Assembly (NCBI GenBank): GCA_040753015.1
Contig: JBFMHM010000003.1
Coordinates: 83,463-147,462 of the forward strand
Reading direction: 5' to 3'
DNA length: 64,000 nt
Source: Candidatus Omnitrophota bacterium
GTDB taxonomy: Bacteria > Omnitrophota > Gorgyraeia > Gygaellales > JBFMHM01
Positions 51,771 through 61,623 of this stretch are shown one piece after another (positions within the stretch are counted from its first letter, which is position 1; the number at the start of each line of letters is the position of its first letter). The notes beneath the pieces were generated by a model. It made no database searches. It worked only from the letters and a program-made list of their open reading frames with translations, and was not told the DNA's origin. The position numbers and the translations under genes are program-made.

Positions 51771-51872
51771 CCTCCTTATAACCACAAAGATGCTAAATCA
51801 GTTAAACCGCTAAAAATTTAAACTAATAAATGGATTTTTCGCTTCTTGTGGTTTTTTTGCGCTTTAGCGGTT
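51771..51872 (-). promoter_or_regulatory. rpsB 5' leader with pseudoknot-topology pairings
   Basis: 51863-51872 pairs with 51805-51814 (10 bp) and 51846-51853 pairs with 51780-51787 (8 bp); interleaved, next to the SD. Confidence 0.6.
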
Positions 51873-51898
51873 GCAATCCCATCACAGAATATTTTTAG

Positions 51899-51926
51899 AG
51901 TATATCATAAATTAATTTTCTTGCAA
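51899..51926 (-). promoter_or_regulatory. rpsB promoter
   Basis: TTGCAA-16-TATACT with extended TG. Confidence 0.65.
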
Positions 51927-51935
51927 ATATTTTTT

Positions 51936-53720
51936 CTATAGGCTCTGCATTTCGTATAGCCTGCTATAAAGACCTTGTTTCTGGATTAATTGTTGATGAT
52001 TACCGCGCTCAATAATTATCCCTCGCTCAAGCACAATAATCTGATCAGCGCTTACAACTGTAGAGAGCCTATGCGCAATGACAAATACGGTGCGCCCTTT
52101 CATTAAGATTGAGAGTGCCTCTTGAACAAGCCTTTCAGACTCACTGTCAAGCTGAGATGTTGCCTCGTCAAGAATTAAAATCGGCGGGTCCTTTAAAATT
52201 GCCCTTGCAATGGCAATACGCTGCCTCTCTCCTCCGGAAAGCTTAACCCCCCTATCACCAATAACTGTATCCAAACCCTGTGGTAAATTTTGAATAAAAT
52301 CATAGGCATTCGCCTTTTTTGCTGCCTCAATTATTTTTATTTCATCAATCTCAGGGTGGCCGTAAGAAATATTACCTTTAACTGAATCGTTGAAAAGTAT
52401 AGTTTCTTGAGTAACTATACCAATCTGCCTTCGCAAGGACTCTATCTTTACATCCTTTATGTCAATGTTATCAATAATAATCCTGCCTTTATAAGGATCA
52501 TAAAACCTTGGTATTAGATCAACAAGGGTGGATTTGCCAGCGCCTGACGGACCGACAATCGCAAGCACCTTCCCTACCCCAATATTAAAATTAATCTCCT
52601 TCAGGATATTTTCATCTTCATATTTAAACCAAACATTTTCAAACCTAATCTCATTATTTGGAATAGGTAAATTAACAGCACTGCCTGTATCCTTTATCTT
52701 TACATCTGCTTCCAGAACTTCAAAAATCCTAGTTCCAGCAGCAATCGCTCTTTGATTTATTGAATGCACATTAGCTAATTTCCTAAATGGCTTAATTAAC
52801 TGAAAAACAGAGGTCAGAAAAAAAGCAAATACACCAAAAGATAACTTATCCTGAATCACATCGCGCCCGGCAAAATAAAAAATGATTATGGCAAAGAATA
52901 CGCCAATAATTTCAGTAAGAGGCCCCAAGGCAAGCGTACGTTTAATTAATTTCATCATAATTTTGTAAAATTCTTTATTTTGCGTTTTAAACTTGGCGAC
53001 TTCATATTTTTCCATACAAAATGCTTTAACAATACGTGCTCCCGACACAGTCTCAAATAGAAGCGAATTGATATCAGCCATTTTTTCTTGCAACTGACGT
53101 GATACTTTCTTCAACAATCTGCCTATTTTAAACATTGGCCAAGCCATTAAACCCATCATTATTATTAAAAAAATCGCAAGCTTAAAATACATAAAAAAAA
53201 TAAGAAAAGTAAAAAGAATAATCTGGCAGATTTGATATATCAAATCTTTTACTCCATAGCTTACAGCATTTTCAACCTGCATTACATCATTAGTAATCCT
53301 TGAAACAATCTCACCGGTCCTTCTTGAAGTATAATATTCTAAAGATAGGTCTTGCAACTTAAAATATATATCGTTACGAATATCCTTTACTACACGTTGG
53401 CCGATATTAGACATAAAATAATCTTGAAAAAAATTAAAAAACCCTTTTAAGATAAAAAGCGCAGGAATCAAAAAAACTAGAATTCTTAAAAAATTATCTG
53501 GCTGTATTGAATTAATGTAACTAATCAAATTTTGGATAAATGGCGGTAGTTTTTCTGCAAAAATAATGCTTTTTTTAGTCATTATTTTGTCAGTAACCGG
53601 CACAATCATGCTTAATGTTATACCATCAAAGATTGTTGAAAATACTGTACAAATAAAAGCAAGGCCAAGTATGCCCGAATGTGGTTTTAAAAATTTCAGT
53701 AAACGAAAATAATCTTTCAT
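51936..53720 (-). CDS. msbA: MsbA-type ABC exporter
   Basis: TM domain, GPSGAGKS, LSGGERQR, ILDEATS; next to lpxB. Confidence 0.8.
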   Translation of the reverse strand: MKDYFRLLKFLKPHSGILGLAFICTVFSTIFDGITLSMIVPVTDKIMTKKSIIFAEKLPPFIQNLISYINSIQPDNFLRILVFLIPALFILKGFFNFFQDYFMSNIGQRVVKDIRNDIYFKLQDLSLEYYTSRRTGEIVSRITNDVMQVENAVSYGVKDLIYQICQIILFTFLIFFMYFKLAIFLIIMMGLMAWPMFKIGRLLKKVSRQLQEKMADINSLLFETVSGARIVKAFCMEKYEVAKFKTQNKEFYKIMMKLIKRTLALGPLTEIIGVFFAIIIFYFAGRDVIQDKLSFGVFAFFLTSVFQLIKPFRKLANVHSINQRAIAAGTRIFEVLEADVKIKDTGSAVNLPIPNNEIRFENVWFKYEDENILKEINFNIGVGKVLAIVGPSGAGKSTLVDLIPRFYDPYKGRIIIDNIDIKDVKIESLRRQIGIVTQETILFNDSVKGNISYGHPEIDEIKIIEAAKKANAYDFIQNLPQGLDTVIGDRGVKLSGGERQRIAIARAILKDPPILILDEATSQLDSESERLVQEALSILMKGRTVFVIAHRLSTVVSADQIIVLERGIIIERGNHQQLIQKQGLYSRLYEMQSL

Positions 53721-53729
53721 AATTCTAAC

Positions 53730-53773
53730 ATTATATCAGAGCCGTTGACTTTGGGCAAGGGATTTGCTAGTAT
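53730..53773. promoter_or_regulatory. Overlapping divergent promoters (msbA and oxidoreductase-lpxB)
   Basis: Minus: TTGCCC(53758-53)-17-TATAAT(53735-30). Plus: TTGACT(53745-50)-17-TAGTAT(53768-73). Both have extended TG. Confidence 0.65.
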
Positions 53774-53780
53774 AAATAAT

Positions 53781-54701
53781 GTGAAAATTAAAGTCGCAGT
53801 TATAGGCATAGGTTATTTAGGTACGCGCCACGCCCAGATTTATTCTAAAATCCCTGGTGCAGAATTATCTTTTATATGCGATATTAATATAGAAAAAGCT
53901 GCAAATCTTGCAAAAGAACTAAATACGAAAGCAACATCTGATTTTAAGGAAATCATTAAGAATAAGGTAGATGCAGTAAGCGTGGTTGTTCCAACAAACC
54001 TACACTATAAAATTACGCAAGAACTGCTTCAAAATAAAATACACTGCCTAGTAGAAAAACCAATTACTCCCTGCCTAAAAGAAGCTCAAAAACTAATAAA
54101 TCTTGCTAAAAAAAATAATCTTATTTTAAGTGTTGGGCATGTTGAACGCTATAATAGCGCATTTGTTGCTGTTAAAAAAATTATAAAAGACCCGTGTTTC
54201 ATAGAATGCCATCGGCTAGCTCCTTTCTCTGGCAGATCCCTAGATATAAGCGTAATTCTTGATTTGATGATACATGATATTGATATAGCTTTGGGATTAA
54301 TAAAAAGCAGCGTTAAGAGTATTGATGCTATAGGAGTAAAAGTCTTAACAAACCATGAAGACATTGCAAATGCCAGAATTAAATTCAATAATGGATGTAT
54401 CTGTAATTTAACTGCAAGCCGCATTTCAGACGAAGTAATGCGTAAAATACGTATTTTTGAAAACGATACATATATATCTCTGGATTATGTAAAACAAGAA
54501 GCGTCTTATTACCATAAAGAAAACGGCCAGATTAAAAAAGAAAATCTACCTATAGAAAAAGAACCGCCGCTGGAAAGAGAATTAAAAGATTTCTTAAGCT
54601 GCATAACTGAGCAAAGAAACCCTCTCGTCTCTGGCGTCGAGGCGCGGCTTGCCCTTAAAACTGCTTTTGAAATAGAAAATAAAATTCGTAATGCAAAATA
54701 A
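53781..54701 (+). CDS. Gfo/Idh/MocA oxidoreductase, GnnA-like
   Basis: IGIGYLG, LVEKP, VGHVERYN, DLMIHDID, ASRIS; upstream of lpxB; GTG start at 53781. Confidence 0.85.
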   Translation: MKIKVAVIGIGYLGTRHAQIYSKIPGAELSFICDINIEKAANLAKELNTKATSDFKEIIKNKVDAVSVVVPTNLHYKITQELLQNKIHCLVEKPITPCLKEAQKLINLAKKNNLILSVGHVERYNSAFVAVKKIIKDPCFIECHRLAPFSGRSLDISVILDLMIHDIDIALGLIKSSVKSIDAIGVKVLTNHEDIANARIKFNNGCICNLTASRISDEVMRKIRIFENDTYISLDYVKQEASYYHKENGQIKKENLPIEKEPPLERELKDFLSCITEQRNPLVSGVEARLALKTAFEIENKIRNAK

Positions 54702-55806
54702 AAAAGTTTTTATTGTTGCTGGGGAGTTGTCTTCAGATACCTATGCTGCAAATCTTGTTAAAAGCATTAAATTAATAAATCCTGCTATTGATTTTTATGG
54801 CCTCGGCGGCAAAAAAATGTCTGACGTAGGCGTAAAAATATATCATAATCTTGTTGACTTAGCTGTCGTTGGTTTTTTTGAAGTACTAAAAAATTATCCA
54901 AAATTTAAAGCAATATTTAATGACACACTATCTATAATTGATATCTTAAAACCCGACTGTATTATTTTAATCGATTACCCTGGTTTTAACCTAAGACTTG
55001 CGAAAGAGATTAAAAAACGGAAGATAAAGATAATTTACTATATTTCTCCACAGGTTTGGGCATGGGGCAAGGGCCGCATAAAACTTATCAAAAAATACGT
55101 AGATAAAATACTAGTCATTTTTAAATTTGAAGAAGATTTTTATAAGAAATACGGTATCGATGCAACTTTCGTAGGCCATCCTCTGCTTGAATTTTTACCT
55201 AAATACATAAAACAGTCTTCTGAAAATAAAATTGCCGTTTTGCCTGGGTCGCGTATAAAAGAAATTAATTTTAATTTGCCAATCATGCTTAAAAGTATAA
55301 GATTGATCAAAGAACAACTCCCTCTCTACAAGTTTGTCTTAATTAAAACACCAACAGTAGCGCAAACTGAATTTGATAAATTTTTAAATAGGTTGGATAC
55401 TAATATTGAAATTGTAGAAAAAAATCATTACGAAGAATTCTCAAAGTGCAGTTTTGCCATCGTTGCGTCAGGCACAGCAACTGTAGAAACTGCAATCTTA
55501 GAAATACCGTTTGTTATTGTATATAGAATTAGTAATCTAACAGCATTTTTTTTAAAACACATGATTAAAATACCCTATATTGGCATGGTGAATATTTTAG
55601 CTGGCAAAAAAATTATTGAAGAATTCCTACAAGAAAAAGCAATCCCAGAAAAAATTGCCGACTATACAATTAATATATTAAATAATCCTGTAGAAATTAT
55701 AAAAATAAAATATGCCCTTAAGAATATTAAGGGCATATTACAATATTCACCTAATACATCCGCATCAGAAACTGCGGCAAAAATTATCCTTCAACAAATA
55801 AGCTAA
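54691..55806 (+). CDS. lpxB: Lipid-A-disaccharide synthase
   Basis: AGELSSD, IDYPGFNL, SPQVWAW, FVGHPL, LPGSR, ASGTATVE. Confidence 0.96.
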   Translation: MQNKKVFIVAGELSSDTYAANLVKSIKLINPAIDFYGLGGKKMSDVGVKIYHNLVDLAVVGFFEVLKNYPKFKAIFNDTLSIIDILKPDCIILIDYPGFNLRLAKEIKKRKIKIIYYISPQVWAWGKGRIKLIKKYVDKILVIFKFEEDFYKKYGIDATFVGHPLLEFLPKYIKQSSENKIAVLPGSRIKEINFNLPIMLKSIRLIKEQLPLYKFVLIKTPTVAQTEFDKFLNRLDTNIEIVEKNHYEEFSKCSFAIVASGTATVETAILEIPFVIVYRISNLTAFFLKHMIKIPYIGMVNILAGKKIIEEFLQEKAIPEKIADYTINILNNPVEIIKIKYALKNIKGILQYSPNTSASETAAKIILQQIS

Positions 55807-55807
55807 A

Positions 55808-56944
55808 TTATTTTATCTCAATATTACTTTTTGCAGAAAATTTGTTATTATCTTTATCTGATTCTGCCAATAAATTATCTCTATCTAAAAACACAGAGAG
55901 ATCACATCCGCCTTTATTCTTAAATTTATAACTAAATTCATAGGTCTTAGAACCGCCATTTGGCAAAATATCCTTTAAAGAAAAAGGGATTTTATCTCCG
56001 CAAATAGATACCTCTCCATCAAGCTTTTTTACAGCCATATTGCCTTGGTTTTTGACTTTTATACTTAATGTCGCGGTTATGCCATTTGTAATCTCTACAG
56101 TATCTTTATATTTTGACAACTCAATTGTTTTTTCAGGTAGTATAAGTTTTACGCTATCCAAACTTACATCTGTAAAATAAACTATAATTTCTTTTGTAAT
56201 AAAGCCATCATCTTTTCTTGTCTCTTTTAGCTCATTATCTGGGTCAACTATTGCTTCAATCACATGGCGCCCGCCTTGGTTAACTTCGAATCTATGATTG
56301 ACTTTAAAAACCTCTTTTTTATTTACATCTAAACTCTTAACTACTATATCTGAACCAATAGCCTTTCCATCAATTAATATTCTGTACTTAAATTCGCTGC
56401 TTGCGTCTTTGCCGTTATTGATTAATGTCAAATTAAATTCTCCGTCAACCGGCACGGTTAACTCTTTCTTATTATCTTTGGATATAAAATCAAATTTAAC
56501 AGGACGGATATTAACATTCCTGTTAACAATTAATTTTTTTTCGTTCGCGATAATTTCTTTCTTAAAAATGTCCGAATCTAATTTAACACGGCTAACATAT
56601 TCCCCCGGTTTATCAAATAAATAGTTAAAATCAAAAGCTCGCTGCCTGCCAGCACTTATGCCAACAACACCTTCAGAAACTTTTTTCCAATCTAGGCCAT
56701 TTTTTTCTTTTATTTCAATAATAAATTTTAAATTATTGATTGGATCTTTAGTATTATTTTTTATAGTTAATTTACCACTGGATTTTATATAAGTAAAAAT
56801 ATCCTTGAACCCATATGCAGGGATAAATTCCAAAGATTCTATTGTTATTGCATCTGATTTGTTATCTTGAGCCTGTGTAAAACCAATAAAACTGACGATA
56901 AATATAAAAATTAAAACAAATATAAACTTTCCTGTGCGCATCAT
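55808..56944 (-). CDS. Exported multi-CARDB domain protein
   Basis: Signal peptide; VDPDNELKET and LDRDNLLAESDKDNN CARDB signatures. Confidence 0.75.
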   Translation of the reverse strand: MMRTGKFIFVLIFIFIVSFIGFTQAQDNKSDAITIESLEFIPAYGFKDIFTYIKSSGKLTIKNNTKDPINNLKFIIEIKEKNGLDWKKVSEGVVGISAGRQRAFDFNYLFDKPGEYVSRVKLDSDIFKKEIIANEKKLIVNRNVNIRPVKFDFISKDNKKELTVPVDGEFNLTLINNGKDASSEFKYRILIDGKAIGSDIVVKSLDVNKKEVFKVNHRFEVNQGGRHVIEAIVDPDNELKETRKDDGFITKEIIVYFTDVSLDSVKLILPEKTIELSKYKDTVEITNGITATLSIKVKNQGNMAVKKLDGEVSICGDKIPFSLKDILPNGGSKTYEFSYKFKNKGGCDLSVFLDRDNLLAESDKDNNKFSAKSNIEIK

Positions 56945-59152
56945 TTAATCTCCCTTCGTTAGATTTTTTGTTAACGAATCCCGCCAAGCATTATTAATTA
57001 CCTCTTTTGATAAATTAATAACTATTTTTGAATTAATTGAAACCTTAAAACTATTATTGCTCACTTTACCAATAATCTCAAGAGGTATTTCTGTTTTTCT
57101 TGCAATTTTTCTAATTTTTTCTATATTCTTCACATCACACGAAATAACTATCCTTGACTGCGACTCACCAAATAAAAGTGCATCAGGCCTTATTCTAGAA
57201 TAAAGTGAAATCTCGGCACCCAATAAACATTCTTTATTAGAAATACAGCTTTCAACAATTGCAATTGCAAGCCCGCCCTCAGAGCAATCATGAGCCGAAT
57301 TAACCAGGCCTTTTTCGATTAATTCTAGAACGGTTTTTTGCACACGTTTTTCCAAATCTAGATTAAGCCTTGGTACTCCTCCGGCGGTTTTTTTATGAAT
57401 AACCTTTAAGTATTCTGATGCGCCAAGCTCATCTAAAGTTTTTCCTAAAAGAATAACTGCATTATCTTTATTTTTAAAACCTTGAGTACAATGTTTATTT
57501 ATATCCTTAATTATGCCTATCATTCCAATGCCTGGCGTAGGATATATTGCACCCTTGGGTGATTCATTATAGAAAGATACATTGCCACTAACAACTGGGA
57601 TATTAAATGATTTACAAGCCTTAATAATTCCTTCAATGCAATTTTTAAAATGCCAATACCGATCGGGTTTTTCTGGATTACCAAAATTAAGGCAATCCGT
57701 AATCGCTGCTGGGTCTGCGCCAGAACAAACTAAATTACGAGCTGCTTCGGCAATTGCAATCTGCGCCCCTAATTTTGGGTTTAAAAAGCAATAGCGGCTA
57801 TTACAATCTGTAGTCGCAGAAATTGCTTTTTTGGTTCCTTTAATTCTTAATACTGCGGCATCACTCCCAGGCATAACAACTGTATTAGCTTGAACCATAT
57901 GATCATATTGTTCATAAACATACGCTTTATTGCAAATTGTAGGAGAAGATAATAACTCCAATAAAATTTGATTATAATCTTTAGGTATTTTTATTGCTTT
58001 ATAATTTAGTTTCTCTAATTTTTCTAAATACTTTGGCTTTTTATACGGCATATTATAAAGCGGAGCGTCTGCCAAATCCTTTGAAGGAACTTCACAAACA
58101 ATCTTGCCTTTATCGCGAATACGCACAATACCGTTATCGGTTACCTTTCCAATAACCGCGGCATTTAAATCCCACTTTGTAAAAATTTTCTCAATTTCTT
58201 TCTCTTTGCCAGCTTTAATACAAACGAGCATCCTTTCTTGAGACTCTGACATCATTACTTCCCAGGGCTCCATATTAGGCTCCCGCCGCGGAACTTTTTC
58301 TAATTCAACATCTATACCAACACCTCCGGCAAACGCCATTTCGCTGGTTGAACAAGTCAGGCCTGCCGCGCCCATATCTTTAATCCCAATAATATATCCT
58401 GTTTCAAGCGCTTCAAGGGTTGCCTCAATCAAGCATTTCTCCATAAAAGGATCTCCAATCTGTACTGTCGGGCGCTTCTCCTCTCCTTCCTTAAATTCAG
58501 CTGATGCTAAAACACTGCATCCGCCAATACCATCCCTGCCTGTAGTTGAACCAACATACATAATTGAGTTCCCTATTCCTTGCGCACGGGCACGTGCAAT
58601 TTTATCTTTTGAGCACACACCAATACACATTGCATTTACTAAACAATTTCCGGCATAGTTTTCATCAAAATAAACCTCACCACCCACGGTTGGCACACCA
58701 ACACAGTTACCGTAGTGCTGGATACCATCTATTACACCTTTTATAATGTAACGGTTTTGTGGATTGTCAGGCATACCAAAGCGAAGCGAATCAAGGCATG
58801 CAATTGGCCTGGCACCACTTGTAAAAATGTCACGGATTATTCCACCTACGCCAGTTGCAGCGCCTTGTTTTGGTTCAACTTGTGATGGATGATTATGCGA
58901 TTCCATCTTAAAAATAATTGCCAAATCATCAACAATAATCCCGCCGGCATCCTCACCAATTAAAGTCTTATACTTACCTTTTTTTGGAAGAAGCTTAAGA
59001 TAGCCACGTGAGCGCGGATAACCACAATGCTCAGACCATTCTACAGAAAACATTGCAAGCTCTGTAGGCGAAGGTTTCCTTCCAAGTAATTCTAAAATAT
59101 GCTTATATTCGCTATCACTTAAACCTAAACTTCGGTAAACTTCTTTTTTCAT
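56945..59152 (-). CDS. purL: FGAM synthase subunit PurL
   Basis: [33 protein letters not shown]. Confidence 0.97.
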   Translation of the reverse strand: MKKEVYRSLGLSDSEYKHILELLGRKPSPTELAMFSVEWSEHCGYPRSRGYLKLLPKKGKYKTLIGEDAGGIIVDDLAIIFKMESHNHPSQVEPKQGAATGVGGIIRDIFTSGARPIACLDSLRFGMPDNPQNRYIIKGVIDGIQHYGNCVGVPTVGGEVYFDENYAGNCLVNAMCIGVCSKDKIARARAQGIGNSIMYVGSTTGRDGIGGCSVLASAEFKEGEEKRPTVQIGDPFMEKCLIEATLEALETGYIIGIKDMGAAGLTCSTSEMAFAGGVGIDVELEKVPRREPNMEPWEVMMSESQERMLVCIKAGKEKEIEKIFTKWDLNAAVIGKVTDNGIVRIRDKGKIVCEVPSKDLADAPLYNMPYKKPKYLEKLEKLNYKAIKIPKDYNQILLELLSSPTICNKAYVYEQYDHMVQANTVVMPGSDAAVLRIKGTKKAISATTDCNSRYCFLNPKLGAQIAIAEAARNLVCSGADPAAITDCLNFGNPEKPDRYWHFKNCIEGIIKACKSFNIPVVSGNVSFYNESPKGAIYPTPGIGMIGIIKDINKHCTQGFKNKDNAVILLGKTLDELGASEYLKVIHKKTAGGVPRLNLDLEKRVQKTVLELIEKGLVNSAHDCSEGGLAIAIVESCISNKECLLGAEISLYSRIRPDALLFGESQSRIVISCDVKNIEKIRKIARKTEIPLEIIGKVSNNSFKVSINSKIVINLSKEVINNAWRDSLTKNLTKGD

Positions 59153-59844
59153 CTTTTATTAAACGTTTCTAATATTGATTTAAAAATTAATAATCCATCT
59201 GTTGAGCCTAGCTCGCTTTCAGAACTTCTCTCTGGATGAGGCATCATACCTAATACATTGCCGGCCCTATTAATAATCCCTGCGATATTATCTAATGCGC
59301 CATTTGGATTCGCGTATTTATTTATCAATCCATCTCTATCGCAATATTGAAAAATAATTTGATTATTATTATGTAATTCGCTTAAACCACTCTCATCAAT
59401 ATAATAGTTGCCTTCATTATGAGCAATAGGAATATTTAAAATTTGATTTTTATAACACTGATTAGTAAAAGAAGTTTTATCATTTCGTACTTTAAGGTAA
59501 ACATGTTTGCAAATAAAGTGCAGCCCAACATTTCTTAACATTGCCCCAGGAAGAAGCCCTGCTTCAAGCAGAATTTGAAAACCATTACAAATCCCAATTA
59601 CAAACCTACCACGATTTGCAAAATTAATTACTTCTTTCATAATTGGCGCAAAACGAGCGATTGCGCCAGTCCTTAAATAATCTCCATAGCTAAAACCACC
59701 TGGAATAATTAAGCAATCAAAATTATTAAGGTGTGTTTCTTTATGCCACACATATTCAACGGGTTGCTGTAAAACATCCTTTACGACATAAAAACAATCT
59801 TGATCACAATTTGAACCGGGAAAAACAATAACACCGAATTTCAT
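59149..59844 (-). CDS. purQ: FGAM synthase glutaminase subunit
   Basis: [31 protein letters not shown]. Confidence 0.97.
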   Translation of the reverse strand: MKFGVIVFPGSNCDQDCFYVVKDVLQQPVEYVWHKETHLNNFDCLIIPGGFSYGDYLRTGAIARFAPIMKEVINFANRGRFVIGICNGFQILLEAGLLPGAMLRNVGLHFICKHVYLKVRNDKTSFTNQCYKNQILNIPIAHNEGNYYIDESGLSELHNNNQIIFQYCDRDGLINKYANPNGALDNIAGIINRAGNVLGMMPHPERSSESELGSTDGLLIFKSILETFNKR

Positions 59845-60093
59845 TTAGATTTCCTTAATTTGGAAAGAATATTCCTCTATGATAGGATTGACTAATAATT
59901 TTTTGCACATTTCATTGACTTTATTTTCTGCATATTTTTTATCTTTTAGATTAAGCTGTAATCTAACAAGTTTACCCATACGCAAATCATTAATACCCTG
60001 ATAACCTAAGCTTTCAATAGCATGCTTCACGGTTAACCCTTGGGGATCCGCTACTGTTTTCTTTAAACTAATATAAATTTCAACTTCGAACAT
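59845..60093 (-). CDS. purS: FGAM synthase subunit PurS
   Basis: DPQG, LLVNPIIE. Confidence 0.93.
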   Translation of the reverse strand: MFEVEIYISLKKTVADPQGLTVKHAIESLGYQGINDLRMGKLVRLQLNLKDKKYAENKVNEMCKKLLVNPIIEEYSFQIKEI

Positions 60094-60095
60094 TG

Positions 60096-61505
60096 CTACT
60101 CCTTCTCTAAAACATCTTTAGAAATTCTCTTGCACGGTTTAACTGGATAACATCCATCAAAACAAGCAGTACAAAAATTTTCTTTGGGCAAAGGCATTGC
60201 CTTAAGCATTCCTTCTTTGGACAAATATTTTAAGCTATCCACGCCGATAAAATCACGAATCCATTCCACACTATGGCTTGATGCAATTAATTCTTTCTTC
60301 GTTGGAAAATCTATACCAAAGAAACAAGGGAATTTTAAAGGTGGGCAAGTTACGCCCATATGAATTTCTTTTGCCCCTGCCTCTCTTAAAGCGCGCACCC
60401 TGCCTTTTGAAGTTGTCCCGCGAACAATAGAATCTTCAACAATGACGATTTTTTTATCTTTGATTACGTCTTTAATAGGGTTAAGCTTTACCTTTACCCT
60501 AAAATTTCTAATTGCTTGGCTAGGTTGAATAAATGTCCTGCCCACATAATGATTTCTGATCATACCCATCTCAAATGGCATTGAAGACTTTTGCGCAAAA
60601 CCAACTGAAGCATAAACACCAGAATCAGGTATCGGAGTAATAAGATCGGCATTAACCTTCGGGAATTCTTGGGCCAATTGTTCGCCAAGAGATTTTCTTG
60701 CCAGGTACACATTATGATTTCCAAAAATATTACTGTCTGGGCGAGCAAAATAAATGAATTCAAAAATACAAAATGAATTTTTCTTTGCCGCAAACGGCTT
60801 AAGAGAAATCAACCCTTCTTTGTTAATAAAAACAATTTCGCCCGGATCAATATCCCTTAGATAAGTAGCCCCGATTAAATCTAACGCACAAGTTTCGCTT
60901 GCTAACACATAGGCCCCATCAACCTGGCCCAAACAAAGCGGCTTAAAACCTCCAGGATCTCTTGCGCCAATTAAACAATTATCAATCATTAATACTAGAG
61001 AATACGAGCCTGATAATTGTTTTAAGGCACCAACCACGCGGTCTTTTATTTCTTTATCTTTTGCCTTTGCAATCAAATGCACGACGATTTCCGAATCCAT
61101 TGTTGTTTGAAAAATAGAACCTTCTTTTTCTAATATTTTATGAAGTTGCACTGTGTTAACAAGATTGCCGTTATGAGCAACAGCAATAGGGGCGTTTTTG
61201 AAATTTACTAAAAATGGCTGGATATTTTTTACGGTGCTTGAGCCGGTTGTAGAATAACGATTGTGGCCAATAGCTAAATGGCCTTTTAGGCTTTTAATGT
61301 TGGCTTCACTAAATACCTCGCGGACTAAGCCTTGTGCTTTACAAGAAAAGATTTTCTTACCATCATAGCTTACAATGCCAGCGCTTTCTTCGCCACGATG
61401 TTGAAGGGCGTATAGGCCAAGGTATGCAAGGCGTGATGCATCCTTATGGCCATAAATACCAAAGACGCCGCAGGCCTCACGAGGAAATCTATGCTCAATC
61501 TCCAT
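60096..61505 (-). CDS. purF: Amidophosphoribosyltransferase
   Basis: propeptide + CGVFG, LQHRGEESAG, VEDSIVRGTT, CTACF. Confidence 0.97.
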   Translation of the reverse strand: MEIEHRFPREACGVFGIYGHKDASRLAYLGLYALQHRGEESAGIVSYDGKKIFSCKAQGLVREVFSEANIKSLKGHLAIGHNRYSTTGSSTVKNIQPFLVNFKNAPIAVAHNGNLVNTVQLHKILEKEGSIFQTTMDSEIVVHLIAKAKDKEIKDRVVGALKQLSGSYSLVLMIDNCLIGARDPGGFKPLCLGQVDGAYVLASETCALDLIGATYLRDIDPGEIVFINKEGLISLKPFAAKKNSFCIFEFIYFARPDSNIFGNHNVYLARKSLGEQLAQEFPKVNADLITPIPDSGVYASVGFAQKSSMPFEMGMIRNHYVGRTFIQPSQAIRNFRVKVKLNPIKDVIKDKKIVIVEDSIVRGTTSKGRVRALREAGAKEIHMGVTCPPLKFPCFFGIDFPTKKELIASSHSVEWIRDFIGVDSLKYLSKEGMLKAMPLPKENFCTACFDGCYPVKPCKRISKDVLEKE

Positions 61506-61623
61506 CAAAATATATTCCTCTCGCCAAACTCTAGCGAGTGTTATACATAAGTTTATTTAAAATTTGGTTCTCTGCTGGTAAGCACTAACAAATTAATTAT
61601 ACTATGAAATTATGTTTTGTAAA

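Noticed and set aside
61510-61620. Purine, ZTP or PRPP riboswitch upstream of purF
   Set aside because: Only a short hairpin (about 61520-61538) near the SD; no aptamer consensus recognisable.
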